64,000 nucleotides of DNA from Elusimicrobiales bacterium (GTDB lineage Bacteria; Elusimicrobiota; Elusimicrobia; Elusimicrobiales; UBA9959): contig JAMPXK010000006.1 of the NCBI GenBank assembly GCA_023701245.1, positions 3,152 to 67,151 of the forward strand, in the 5' to 3' direction. The translations under genes and the position numbers were made by a program. Shown piece after piece: positions 1 to 8,630 of the stretch; within the stretch, counting starts at the first letter, position 1, and every line of letters starts with the position of its first letter. The notes under the pieces are model-generated. The model worked only from the letters and a program-made list of their open reading frames with translations. It searched no databases and was not told where the DNA came from.

Positions 1-33
1 TTCGCGCATGATGTTCTCCTGTTCTTTCCGGGT

Positions 34-1083
34 TCAGGCGTAAAGCTTTTCGTAGGCTTTGCGGATCACCGGGCTTTCCCGCAGTATGTTGATGGTGACC
101 TCGGCGTGGCCCTTGGTGTAGCCGTTGCCGATGATCATGTTGACGTCCTTGCCCACGCCCTCGGCGCCCAGCGCCGACTTGGTGAAGGACGTGGCCATGC
201 TGAAGAAGTACACCGTGCCGTCGTCCTTGCACATCAGGATGGAGGCCATCTCCGTGTTCTGCACGTTCACGCAGTTGATGACCACGTCGGCCAGCTTCCC
301 GTCAGTAAGCGCCGCTATTTTCTCGTAGCAGCCGACGGCGTCGGTGGCGTTGGCCTGTATCGCCTCGTGGAAGAAGCCGTATTCTTTCATCTTGCTGACG
401 CCTTCGGCGGAATATTCGATGCCGATGATCTTGCCGGTCACGCCGGCGCGGCGCCGGGCCTCGTATGCGCACAGGATGCCGGACTTGCCGCCGCCGCCGA
501 TGATGACCACGGTGTTGCCGGGGCGCACCAGTTTGGCGGTCTGGGCCGGGGCGCCGGCCACGTCGAGAATGGCGAGGGCCAGCGTCTCGGGCAGGTCCTT
601 GGGCAGCTTGGCGTAGATGCCGCTCTCGAACAGGATGGCTTTCGCCTTCACGTTCACCTGTTCGGTGCCTTTCTTGATGCCCAGCACTTTCTCTATCTTG
701 AGGGGGGTCAGCGACAGCGAGACGAGGCTGGCTATCTTATCCCCCTCCTTGAGGTCTATCTTGCCCTCCAGGGCCGGGCCGATCTTGGCCACCTTGCCTA
801 TGAACATGCCGCCGGAGCCGGTCACGGGGTTCTGCATCTTGCCGCGCTCGCCGACGATCTTGAGGATGGCGTCCTGGATCTTCATTTCGTCGCCGTTCAC
901 GGAAGCCTTGATCTGGGTGAAGGAGGCGGAGTCTATGTTGAGGGTCTCCACGTCCACCAGGATCTCGTTGTCGTAGATGGCGTCCATGTCGTTGGAAATT
1001 TTGAGCGCCGGCTGGGGCAGCACGCCTTTGGGGTCTATTACCCGGTGCGCGCCGAAGGGATTGCCGTTCTTAAGTATTTTCAT
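34..1083 (-). CDS. kdd: L-erythro-3,5-diaminohexanoate dehydrogenase (lysine fermentation)
   Basis: 349-aa ORF with Rossmann motif IIGGGGKSG. Overall Kdd-like sequence, directly adjacent to a Kce (BKACE) gene and CoA-transferase A/B genes, the classic lysine fermentation arrangement. Confidence 0.75.
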   Translation of the reverse strand: MKILKNGNPFGAHRVIDPKGVLPQPALKISNDMDAIYDNEILVDVETLNIDSASFTQIKASVNGDEMKIQDAILKIVGERGKMQNPVTGSGGMFIGKVAKIGPALEGKIDLKEGDKIASLVSLSLTPLKIEKVLGIKKGTEQVNVKAKAILFESGIYAKLPKDLPETLALAILDVAGAPAQTAKLVRPGNTVVIIGGGGKSGILCAYEARRRAGVTGKIIGIEYSAEGVSKMKEYGFFHEAIQANATDAVGCYEKIAALTDGKLADVVINCVNVQNTEMASILMCKDDGTVYFFSMATSFTKSALGAEGVGKDVNMIIGNGYTKGHAEVTINILRESPVIRKAYEKLYA

Positions 1084-1101
1084 GTTCTGTCTCCTGTTGA
1101 A

Positions 1102-1920
1102 TTAAGCTCCGCGCAGGCCGAAAAGTTTTCTTACGTCTGCTGGGGTGGCGATCTCCAGCTGGGCCTCTTTCGACATCCTTACGGCCCGCTCCACGAACTC
1201 GGCGTTGGACGCGGCCAGCCGGCCCTTGGCGTAGTAGATATTGTCCTCGAAGCCCACGCGGATATAACCGCCGGCCGCTATGGCCAGGCAGATGCCCGGG
1301 ATGTGAGCGCGGCCTATGCCCATCACGGTGAAATGGCTCTCGGCGGGCATCTGGTCCATCATGTAGCCCAGGGTCTTGGGCGTCAGCGACAGCGCCGCCG
1401 GCACCTGCATCACGAAGCCGTAGTGGTAGGGAGGTTTTATGAGGCCTTCCTTGATGAGGATATGGGAGGACTGGACGTGCGAGACGTCGAAGCATTCCAG
1501 TGTGGGATGCACCTTGTGCTTGTTCATCTCGCTGGCGAACTGCCGCATGATGGGCAGCGTGTTCACTATATAGTCGTTGCCGAAATTTACCGTGCCGCAG
1601 TCGAGCGAGGCCATATCCGGCTCCAGCGCCACGGGCGCTATGCGCTCTTCGGGGGTCATGCCCACGGCGCCGCCGGTGGTGATCTCCACCACCACGTCGG
1701 TCTTTTTGCGGATAAGGTCTATGGCCTTCTTAAAAACTTTAACGTCGGCGGTGGGGCCGCCGTCTTCGCCGCGGGCGTGCAGATGCACTATGGCCGCGCC
1801 GGCCCGGCAGCATTCCTCGGCCGAGGCCGCGAGCTCCTCCGGGGTTACCGGCAGGGCCGGGCACTGCTTCTTCGTGGTCTCCGCGCCGGTGAGCGCGCAG
1901 GTTATCACCATTTTGGCCAT
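1102..1920 (-). CDS. kce: 3-keto-5-aminohexanoate cleavage enzyme (BKACE/DUF849 family)
   Basis: 272-aa ORF. N-terminus MAKMVITCALTGAETTK...PVTPEE and VHLHARGEDGGP are typical of BKACE/Kce. Lies between kdd and the CoA-transferase genes. Confidence 0.8.
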   Translation of the reverse strand: MAKMVITCALTGAETTKKQCPALPVTPEELAASAEECCRAGAAIVHLHARGEDGGPTADVKVFKKAIDLIRKKTDVVVEITTGGAVGMTPEERIAPVALEPDMASLDCGTVNFGNDYIVNTLPIMRQFASEMNKHKVHPTLECFDVSHVQSSHILIKEGLIKPPYHYGFVMQVPAALSLTPKTLGYMMDQMPAESHFTVMGIGRAHIPGICLAIAAGGYIRVGFEDNIYYAKGRLAASNAEFVERAVRMSKEAQLEIATPADVRKLFGLRGA

Positions 1921-1929
1921 GATATGTCC

Positions 1930-2589
1930 CTAGAACTTCCCAAGTTTGCCCGCCACGTGCAGCGGGGCCTCGGTGGCCTTTATCACTTCTTCCACCGTGG
2001 TGTCTTCGGCTATCTCCTCCAGCACCAGGCCTTTCTTGGTGACGCGGATGAAGGCCATGTCGGTGACTATCAGGTCCACTTCGCCTTTGGCGGTCAGCGG
2101 GAGGGTGCACTTTTTTAATATCTTGGGGGCGCCGTTCTTGCTGGTGTGTTCCATGGCCACTATCACGTTCTTGGCGCCGGCCACCAGGTCCATGGCGCCG
2201 CCCATGCCGGGCACCATCTTGCCGGGGATCATGTAGTTGGCGAGGTTGCCTTCCATGTCCACTTCCAGGCCGCCGAGCACCGTGTAGTCCACGTGGCCGC
2301 CGCGGATGATGGCGAAGCTCATGGAGGAATCGAAGAAGGCCCCGCCGGGCACGATGGTGACGGGCTGGCCGCCGGCGTTGACCACCCGGGGGTCTTCCTT
2401 GCCTTTCTGGGCCGCCGGGCCCAGGCCGGTGAAGCCGTTCTCGGACTGCAGCAGGATGGTGCGGCCCGCGGGGATATAGTTGGCCACCATGGTGGGCATG
2501 CCTATGCCGAGGTTGACCAGCGCCCCGTCGGGGAATTCCTGCGCTATGCGCTTTACCAGCCTGACTCTTTTAAGTTCTTTGGGGTCCAT
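1930..2589 (-). CDS. atoA: 3-oxoacid/acetoacetate CoA-transferase subunit B
   Basis: 219-aa ORF. LVNLGIGMPT and SENGFTGLGP motifs are characteristic of family I CoA-transferase beta subunits. Confidence 0.85.
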   Translation of the reverse strand: MDPKELKRVRLVKRIAQEFPDGALVNLGIGMPTMVANYIPAGRTILLQSENGFTGLGPAAQKGKEDPRVVNAGGQPVTIVPGGAFFDSSMSFAIIRGGHVDYTVLGGLEVDMEGNLANYMIPGKMVPGMGGAMDLVAGAKNVIVAMEHTSKNGAPKILKKCTLPLTAKGEVDLIVTDMAFIRVTKKGLVLEEIAEDTTVEEVIKATEAPLHVAGKLGKF

Positions 2590-2601
2590 TGAAATTCTCC
2601 T

Positions 2602-3282
2602 TTACGCTTTGAGCTGCAGGTTGGCGGCCGGCAGGGTGGATTTCACTATGGCGGAGACGAAGATGCCGGGGATGGTGACCTTGTCCGGGTCCAGCTCGCC
2701 GGGTTCCACTATCTTCTCGGCTTCCAGGATGACGTGGTCGGCGGCCATGGCCATGACCACGGCCATGTTCTTGGTGGCACCGGGCAGGAAGGCGTTTCCG
2801 TATTTGTCGGCGACCTCGGCCTTGATGAAGGCGAAGTCCGCGCCCAGCGGCAGTTCCAGCAGGTAATCCTTGCCGCCGAGGTTCAGTTTCTGTTTCCCCT
2901 CTTCCACGGCCGTGCCTATGCCGGTGGGGGTCAGCACGCCGCCCAGGCCCGCGCCTTTGGCCCTGATGCGCTCGGCGAAGGTGCCCTGGGGCACCAGCGT
3001 GACCTTCATTTCGCCGGAATTCATCTTAGCCCCGGATACGGGATTGGTGCCGATATGGGAGGCGGTCAGCGTGGCCGCGCGGTTCTGGCAGACCAGCCGA
3101 CCTACGCCCACGTCGGGGTAGGCGGTGTCGCTGGTGATGAGGTTGAGGTTCTTGGCGCCCTTGTTGATGAGAGCGTCTATGAGGGTGAACGCGTTGCCGC
3201 AGCCCATGAAGCCGGCCACCATCAGGGTGGCGCCGTCCTTGATATCCTCTACAGCCTTATCCGCCGTTAAAATTGGTTTCAT
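2602..3282 (-). CDS. atoD: 3-oxoacid/acetoacetate CoA-transferase subunit A
   Basis: 226-aa ORF. GATLMVAGFMGCG N-terminal motif of CoA-transferase alpha subunits. AAGGAG SD sits 6 nt upstream of the ATG. Confidence 0.85.
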   Translation of the reverse strand: MKPILTADKAVEDIKDGATLMVAGFMGCGNAFTLIDALINKGAKNLNLITSDTAYPDVGVGRLVCQNRAATLTASHIGTNPVSGAKMNSGEMKVTLVPQGTFAERIRAKGAGLGGVLTPTGIGTAVEEGKQKLNLGGKDYLLELPLGADFAFIKAEVADKYGNAFLPGATKNMAVVMAMAADHVILEAEKIVEPGELDPDKVTIPGIFVSAIVKSTLPAANLQLKA

Positions 3283-3369
3283 GCCTGACTCCTTAAAGTG
3301 CCGCCGCGATTTTTTATATTTAACAACTTATTATATTATAATGGCAAGACAGCAGGCTGTTAACCAGGA

Positions 3370-3503
3370 GCGGGTGGCGAGGGGGTGCCTTCAGAAGGCC
3401 CTCACGGAGGCCCGAGCTTGCGCAGCGCGAGGGCCGAGTGAGGAGGGGCGGGCACGGTGTGTCCCGACCCCGTGCCTGAGGAAGGCACCCCCTCGCCACC
3501 CGC
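3370..3503. repeat. Type-1 nested-hairpin intergenic element, copy A
   Basis: Perfect 23-bp inverted arms (3370-3392 gcgggtggcgagggggtgccttc / 3481-3503) enclose a core shared with copies at 9896-10023 and 53788-53942. Confidence 0.9.
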
Positions 3504-3532
3504 GAACCTGCAAGCCTGTCGCTGGAGAATTT

Positions 3533-4348
3533 ATGCATAAGGTACATATCGACCACCGGGCGGGCATGATCAAAGAGAACATGGCGCGCATAAAGCGCAA
3601 GATCCTGGTGATGAGCAACAAGGGCGGCGTGGGCAAGAGCACCGTGGCGGTGAACTTCGCGGCCCTGCTGGCCAAAGCCGGCCAGCGCACCGGCCTGCTC
3701 GACATAGACATCCACGGCCCCTCCGCCGCCCGCATGACCGGCATGGAGGGCAAGGCCCACGCCACCGACGGCGCGCTGATAGAGCCGCTGCAGGCCGCCC
3801 CCAACCTCAAAATGATCTCCATGGGCTCGGTGCTGAGCGCCGCCGACACGCCCGTAGTCTGGCGCGGGCCGCTCAAGCTCGGAGTCCTCAAACAGTTCCT
3901 CTCCGACGTGAAATGGGGCGACCTGGACGCGCTTATAATCGACGCCCCCCCCGGCACCGGCGACGAACCGCTGACCATCTGCCAGCTGATCCCCGAAATG
4001 ACCGGCGCCGTGGTGGTCACCACCGGGCAGCAGGTGGCGCTGCTGGATTCCCGCAAGGCGGTAAATTTCCTCAAGACCCTCGGCATCCCGGTACTGGGCA
4101 TCCTGGAGAACATGACGGCTTTCCATTGCCCCCATTGCTCCAAAGAAGTGAACCTCTTCAAGACCGGCGGCGGCGCGCAGGCCGCCCGCGAACTGGGCGT
4201 GCCGTTCCTGGGCTCGGTGCCGTTCGCCCCGGCCATGGTGGACGCCGGCGACGAGGGCCGTTTTTTTGCCGTGGAACGCCCGGAGGCGCCGCCTTCCGCC
4301 GCGCTAGCGCGCGCGCTCGGTAAGACGCTCGAGGGGATATTGAAGTGA
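3533..4348 (+). CDS. apbC: Mrp/ApbC/NBP35-family Fe-S cluster carrier ATPase
   Basis: Deviant Walker A SNKGGVGKST; CPHC motif (AFHCPHCSKE). The ORF-track start at 3125 is rejected because it reads through the repeat element. ATG 3533 is chosen, ATG 3566 is also possible. Confidence 0.8.
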   Translation: MHKVHIDHRAGMIKENMARIKRKILVMSNKGGVGKSTVAVNFAALLAKAGQRTGLLDIDIHGPSAARMTGMEGKAHATDGALIEPLQAAPNLKMISMGSVLSAADTPVVWRGPLKLGVLKQFLSDVKWGDLDALIIDAPPGTGDEPLTICQLIPEMTGAVVVTTGQQVALLDSRKAVNFLKTLGIPVLGILENMTAFHCPHCSKEVNLFKTGGGAQAARELGVPFLGSVPFAPAMVDAGDEGRFFAVERPEAPPSAALARALGKTLEGILK

Positions 4349-5199
4349 CACGGGCAACCTTGCTGCTTTCCGCGCTGCTTTTTTCCGCGCCCGCCGCGGC
4401 CGAATTCGCGCCTTTCGGCGCTCAGGCGCAGGCCGGGGCGCCGGCGCTAAGCTTCTGCGCGCAGGGAAAATTCCTGATCTATACCGGGGAATGCTCCCCC
4501 CTGGCCGCGGCCAAGGATTCCATAAGCGCCAAGGCCTGCGGCGACGTGGCGGCGGTGCTGGGCCAGGCCCTGCCCTCCCTCTATCCTAATGCCCAGGTAG
4601 AGAGCTATTCCGGCCTTACTTCGGAAGAAGTCATGGAAACCATGATGAAGCCCAATGTCCTGGGCTTTTTTTTCATCGGCCGCGGCGACGTCAAAGGCGC
4701 TTTCGTCACCGGGCCCGGGCAGGAGAAGATCTACCCTGATATTTCGGCCTGCCTGTCCAGTTACGATCTTTTCGGGGGGTTTACCTCGCACAGCCGGTTC
4801 TCGCCCGTCTCCCCGGCCCCCGCGGCCATGCGCGGCCGGGTGCTCAGCCGCACCGAGCTCGTCTATGCCGGGGCCGGCGCGGCGCCGGACTCCTGGGCCA
4901 AATTCTGCAAGCCCAAGTGGGGCCTGGTCTACCCGACGCGCACTTTCGCCGGACGCCTGAAAGGCGACGCCATGAAGTTCGTGGCGCTGCTGCAGGAAGA
5001 AAAGCGCAGGCATGTGCTTAAAACGCTGGCCACAATTTGCGACAACTGCCCGGGCCACGTCGCCGCCGGCAGCGAGCTGGCCCGGCTCTGCCCGCCCAAT
5101 TCGGACGTCTGCAAACTGCGCAAGATCACCCCCGGGTCCGAGGGGTTCATCCTTAAGAATTACTGCGCGGCCCTGGCTCCCTCCCCGGTCAAAGATTAA
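4345..5199 (+). CDS. Hypothetical secreted cysteine-rich protein
   Basis: 284-aa ORF with signal peptide (LLLSALLFSAPAAA-EF) and multiple Cys. GTG start overlaps the apbC stop (GTGA), suggesting translational coupling. No family recognised. Confidence 0.5.
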   Translation: MTRATLLLSALLFSAPAAAEFAPFGAQAQAGAPALSFCAQGKFLIYTGECSPLAAAKDSISAKACGDVAAVLGQALPSLYPNAQVESYSGLTSEEVMETMMKPNVLGFFFIGRGDVKGAFVTGPGQEKIYPDISACLSSYDLFGGFTSHSRFSPVSPAPAAMRGRVLSRTELVYAGAGAAPDSWAKFCKPKWGLVYPTRTFAGRLKGDAMKFVALLQEEKRRHVLKTLATICDNCPGHVAAGSELARLCPPNSDVCKLRKITPGSEGFILKNYCAALAPSPVKD

Positions 5200-5217
5200 C
5201 TATAATCTAATACGCAT

Positions 5218-6318
5218 ATGGCGAAGATCCTGCATACGGCCGACCTGCATATAACGGACGGCGAAGAAAAGAACTACTGCTACGGCGTGCTCGACGAGAT
5301 AATAGCCCTGGCCGCCGCGGAGCGGGCGGACGCGCTGGTGCTGGCCGGGGACCTCTTCGATTCTTTCGGGGATTTCGAGGCGCTGCGCAAGGAAGTCTGC
5401 CGCAAGTTCGAGCCGCTGGCCGCCACCGGCTGCCGCGTTATCTATATCCCCGGCAACCACGAAGCCCGCGGGTCCCAGGCGGACCTGTCCGCCTACAACC
5501 TGGACCCGGTCCTGTTCTGCGCCGCGCGGCCATTTTCCCTGGTAGAGGCGGGCGACGCCGAATTCCTCTGCGTGCCGCACGCCGACAGTTACGACGGCTA
5601 CCGGGACTGGAAAGTGCCCCCCAAACAAAGCGGCCTTTGCCGCGTCGCCGTGGTGCACGCCCTCAATTCCTCCATCTACTCCGGGCCGGAGGAAGAAACG
5701 GATTCCAGGACCGGCGTGATGGACGAGGATATCTTCGCGCGCTTCGGCGTGGATTACGCCGCTTTCGGGCACGTGCATTCCGGGCGGCAGCAGACCCTGG
5801 GCGGGGTAGTGGCCTGTTACCCGGGTTCCCCCCGCGTCTGGCGGGCCCACCCGCGTGAAGCCGGTCAGAAATCCGTGTGCCTGGTGGAAACCTCCGGTGC
5901 CGGAGTTTCCGTGCGCGTCCTCCCTCTCAAGGCCGCCGGGGAGTACCGGGAGTATTCTCTGCCGCTGGACCTGGCCGGCGCCCTGGCGCCCGCCGCCGTA
6001 GAAAAGCTGCTGGCCGCGGCCGGCGCGTTGGACCTGGTGGCCGTGTCCCTTACCGGCGTGGTGGAGGACGAGAACGCGGCCAAGGCCTCGGCTGAAAAGC
6101 TGCGGGAGGGCCTGGCCGGCAGATGCCGCCTGGCCCGCGTCACGCTGGACACTGTTGTGGCCGCAGCGCTCTCTTCCAACGCCCTGGCCCGGGCCTTCCT
6201 GGCCGAGATGGACAAGCTGGAGCCGGAGCAGGCTGACGCGGCGGGCTACCGCCGCTGGCTGCTGGCGCGGCAGTACGGGCTGGAAGAACTGGCCGCCCGC
6301 GCCGGGGAGGCCGCGTGA
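5218..6318 (+). CDS. Calcineurin-like metallophosphoesterase, SbcD/Mre11-like (YhaO/SbcF-like)
   Basis: Motifs HTADLH, AGDLFD, GNHE and GHVH in the canonical order of Mre11/SbcD phosphoesterases. Overlaps the downstream ATPase gene by 4 nt. Confidence 0.75.
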   Translation: MAKILHTADLHITDGEEKNYCYGVLDEIIALAAAERADALVLAGDLFDSFGDFEALRKEVCRKFEPLAATGCRVIYIPGNHEARGSQADLSAYNLDPVLFCAARPFSLVEAGDAEFLCVPHADSYDGYRDWKVPPKQSGLCRVAVVHALNSSIYSGPEEETDSRTGVMDEDIFARFGVDYAAFGHVHSGRQQTLGGVVACYPGSPRVWRAHPREAGQKSVCLVETSGAGVSVRVLPLKAAGEYREYSLPLDLAGALAPAAVEKLLAAAGALDLVAVSLTGVVEDENAAKASAEKLREGLAGRCRLARVTLDTVVAAALSSNALARAFLAEMDKLEPEQADAAGYRRWLLARQYGLEELAARAGEAA

Positions 6319-8630
6319 TAAAGCGCCTCGAACTGGAAGATTTCGGCAAGTTCCGCAAAACCTCCCTGGTCTTCGGGCCTTTCACGCTGGTGACCGGCCC
6401 CAACGAGGCAGGCAAGACCACCGTTTTCGACGCGCTCTTCGACGCGCTTTGCGCCGGGTCCAAGCACGAAGGGCGGCCGCTCTGGAAGAACATGGCCGCC
6501 CGTTACGGGGCCATCCGCCGGTCCTCCGTCGTCTGGGAGGACGGTTTCGCTCCGCTGCAATTCGGCGACAACGAGTTCCTTGAGATCTTCGCTATCCGCG
6601 GCGGGGAACTTTCCGTAAAGCACCCCGAGAATAAAGGGGCGTCCTCCTGGGCGGAAGCGGCGGAGAACGCGCTGCTTAATTCCGGGCTCAACCCGGCCCG
6701 GCTGGCCGCCGGTCTCAGGGACAAGGCGGAAAGCGCGCGCAAAGGTTCCATCCAGGCCAGGCTGCACCGTTTGAAAGAGGCCATAACGGACAAGGGGCCC
6801 ATGATAGCGGCGCTCCGGTCGGAGCGCGACGCCGTGCTGGCCGGAGCCCAAACCGCCGCCGGGCTCGCGGCCGAGCGGGAGCGCCGCGCCGCCGCCCTGG
6901 AATTGAAAAATTCCGAACTGGCGCAGTTGGGCGCTAAGGTGGAAGAACTCTCCTCCGCGGCCCGCCTGGCCGCCGCCATAGAGGGCATAAATACGCTGCG
7001 GGACCTGAAGGAAGCCAGGGAGGAGGCGGCCGCCCTGGCGGCCTACGCTTCCAGCGAGCTGCCGGCCTACCGGGCCTTGAAACATACCCAGTCCGAAATG
7101 GAGAAGGCAGAGGCTTCCGCGGCCGCGGCCCTGGCCGAAAAACGCTCCGCGCTCGACGCGGCGCAGAAGGCCGCCGCCGAACTTTCCGCTAAAGCCGGCC
7201 AGCTGCAGCCTCGCGGCGAAATGGCCCTGGTCCTGGCCGACAAACTGGCGGCTTTCGCGGCCGAGCCCGGCAAAGTCACCCGCGTGCTGAATACCCGGCT
7301 CCGTTTCGGCCTCTGGGCGGGCGGCCTGGCGCTTGCGGCGCTGGTGGCGTACTCGGGCGCCGGTGCCGTGGCCTACGCGGCCGCGGCCGCTATCCTGGGC
7401 GCGGCCGGCTGGGCCGGGTTCAAACTCGCTTTTACCCAGACCATGGTTCCCCGCGGTCCGGGTGAGGAAGCCGCTTTCCTGGCCGGCGTGGCCGCCACCT
7501 GGTCCACGGTCTGCGAGGCCCCCCTCCCTAAGCAGGGCGTGGAAGACGCCCGCAACTACCTGGCCCGGGCCAGGGCGGACCAGGAAGCCGCGGCCGAGGC
7601 CGCCGAGGCCAAGGTTTCCGAAGTGGAATTCCTGATAGCTTCGGCCAGTTCGGCGGAGGCCGACCTGGAGGACCGGGCGCGCAGGGCCCGCAAGGCGGCC
7701 GCCGAGGCCGACAAGTGGCTGAAGGCCCGCGCCTGCGCGACCGAGGACGAATACCAGGCGAAGCTGGCCGAGTATAAAGCCCGCGCGGCCCGCTGCGCCG
7801 ATATGGAACAGCGCCTGGCGGTGTTCCTGCGCCGCAACAATTGCTCCGCCGAGAAAGAGCTGAAGGATAAACTGCATACCGAGAAAGAATCCATAGAGCG
7901 GCGCGGGATCGGTCCCGAACAGGCGAACGGGCCCGAACTGGAACGCCTCAAGCACGCGCAGGCCCTGCTGGCGCAGGAAGTCAGGGAACTGGAAGCGGCG
8001 CTCAACAAGGTCGCTTCCGAACTTGAGACGGCCAAGGCCGTTTCCGGGGTGCGCCTCGGCGGCCTGCCGGAAAGAATAAACCTGGCCGAGACGGAACTGG
8101 AAGCGGAGAAGGCGGAACTGGCGGAACTGGAACTGCAGGCGCAGGCCTGCCTGCTCGCCGCCGGGGTTTTCGACCGCCTTGGCGAGAGCTCGCTGCTGGC
8201 TTTCGAGGAACTCGGCAAGGAAGTTTCCTCCGTGCTGCAGGCGGTGCTGCCGGCGGCAAGCGCTGAATTCAGGGTTTTTGAAGCGGCGGGAGCGGCGGTT
8301 ACGGACGCCACCGGCCTGCGCCGGCCCGTGCGGAACCTTTCTTCGGGCACGCGCGACCTTTTTATGCTGGCCGCGCGCCTGGCCATAGCCAGGCGCTCAC
8401 GCCTGGGCCAGGCCGGCCCCGCGCCGGCGCTGCTGCTGCTGGACGAACCTTTTTATACGCTGGACCAGGCGCGGACGCGCCTGGCACTGCTGCTGCTGGC
8501 CGCCTTCCACAAGAACACCGGCTGGCAGATCATAATCCTTACCAAGGACCCTGGCGTCGCCGCCGAAGCCGCCCGCCTGGACGGGGTCAAGGCGACGGAA
8601 GTGGCCCTCGAACCTCCCAAGCCGCTCTAA
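6315..8630 (+). CDS. SMC/Rad50-like AAA ATPase with membrane-spanning apex (YhaN/SbcE-like)
   Basis: Walker A GPNEAGKTT, signature LSSGTRD, Walker B LLLLDEP, and long Ala/Glu-rich coiled coils. Two hydrophobic helices sit mid-protein (LWAGGLALAALVAY...AAGWAGFKLAF) where Rad50 has its hook. Confidence 0.75.
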   Translation: MIKRLELEDFGKFRKTSLVFGPFTLVTGPNEAGKTTVFDALFDALCAGSKHEGRPLWKNMAARYGAIRRSSVVWEDGFAPLQFGDNEFLEIFAIRGGELSVKHPENKGASSWAEAAENALLNSGLNPARLAAGLRDKAESARKGSIQARLHRLKEAITDKGPMIAALRSERDAVLAGAQTAAGLAAERERRAAALELKNSELAQLGAKVEELSSAARLAAAIEGINTLRDLKEAREEAAALAAYASSELPAYRALKHTQSEMEKAEASAAAALAEKRSALDAAQKAAAELSAKAGQLQPRGEMALVLADKLAAFAAEPGKVTRVLNTRLRFGLWAGGLALAALVAYSGAGAVAYAAAAAILGAAGWAGFKLAFTQTMVPRGPGEEAAFLAGVAATWSTVCEAPLPKQGVEDARNYLARARADQEAAAEAAEAKVSEVEFLIASASSAEADLEDRARRARKAAAEADKWLKARACATEDEYQAKLAEYKARAARCADMEQRLAVFLRRNNCSAEKELKDKLHTEKESIERRGIGPEQANGPELERLKHAQALLAQEVRELEAALNKVASELETAKAVSGVRLGGLPERINLAETELEAEKAELAELELQAQACLLAAGVFDRLGESSLLAFEELGKEVSSVLQAVLPAASAEFRVFEAAGAAVTDATGLRRPVRNLSSGTRDLFMLAARLAIARRSRLGQAGPAPALLLLDEPFYTLDQARTRLALLLLAAFHKNTGWQIIILTKDPGVAAEAARLDGVKATEVALEPPKPL

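Noticed and set aside
1-33. Start of a further minus-strand gene at position 9 (ATGCGCGAA... preceded by AGGAGAACATC), presumably the next lysine-fermentation gene downstream of kdd.
   Set aside because: Only three codons lie inside the window. This is plausible from the SD/ATG geometry, but the gene cannot be identified or supported as a feature.
3125-3532. N-terminal extensions in the ORF track. Examples: 3125 for apbC, 10114 for hydF, 12676 for hydG, 16453 for the sensor kinase, 24498 for the DUF2062-like gene, 38071 for the HyfF-like gene, 42102, 45015 for wrbA, 55252 for marC, 62083 for the M14 peptidase.
   Set aside because: The extensions read through intergenic hairpin repeats or upstream genes. 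They add Arg/Pro/Gly-rich sequence unrelated to the family. In each case an internal ATG gives the expected N-terminus (signal peptide, Walker motif and so on), usually with an SD or an ATGA/GTGA coupling overlap.
8627-8630. Convergent genes sharing stop-codon nucleotides (YhaN-like and hydF at 8627-8630; msrB and the module remnant at 34469-34472) as possible regulatory antisense overlaps.
   Set aside because: An overlap of only 3-4 nt with no associated structure is most simply explained by genome compaction. It is noted but not considered a functional element.
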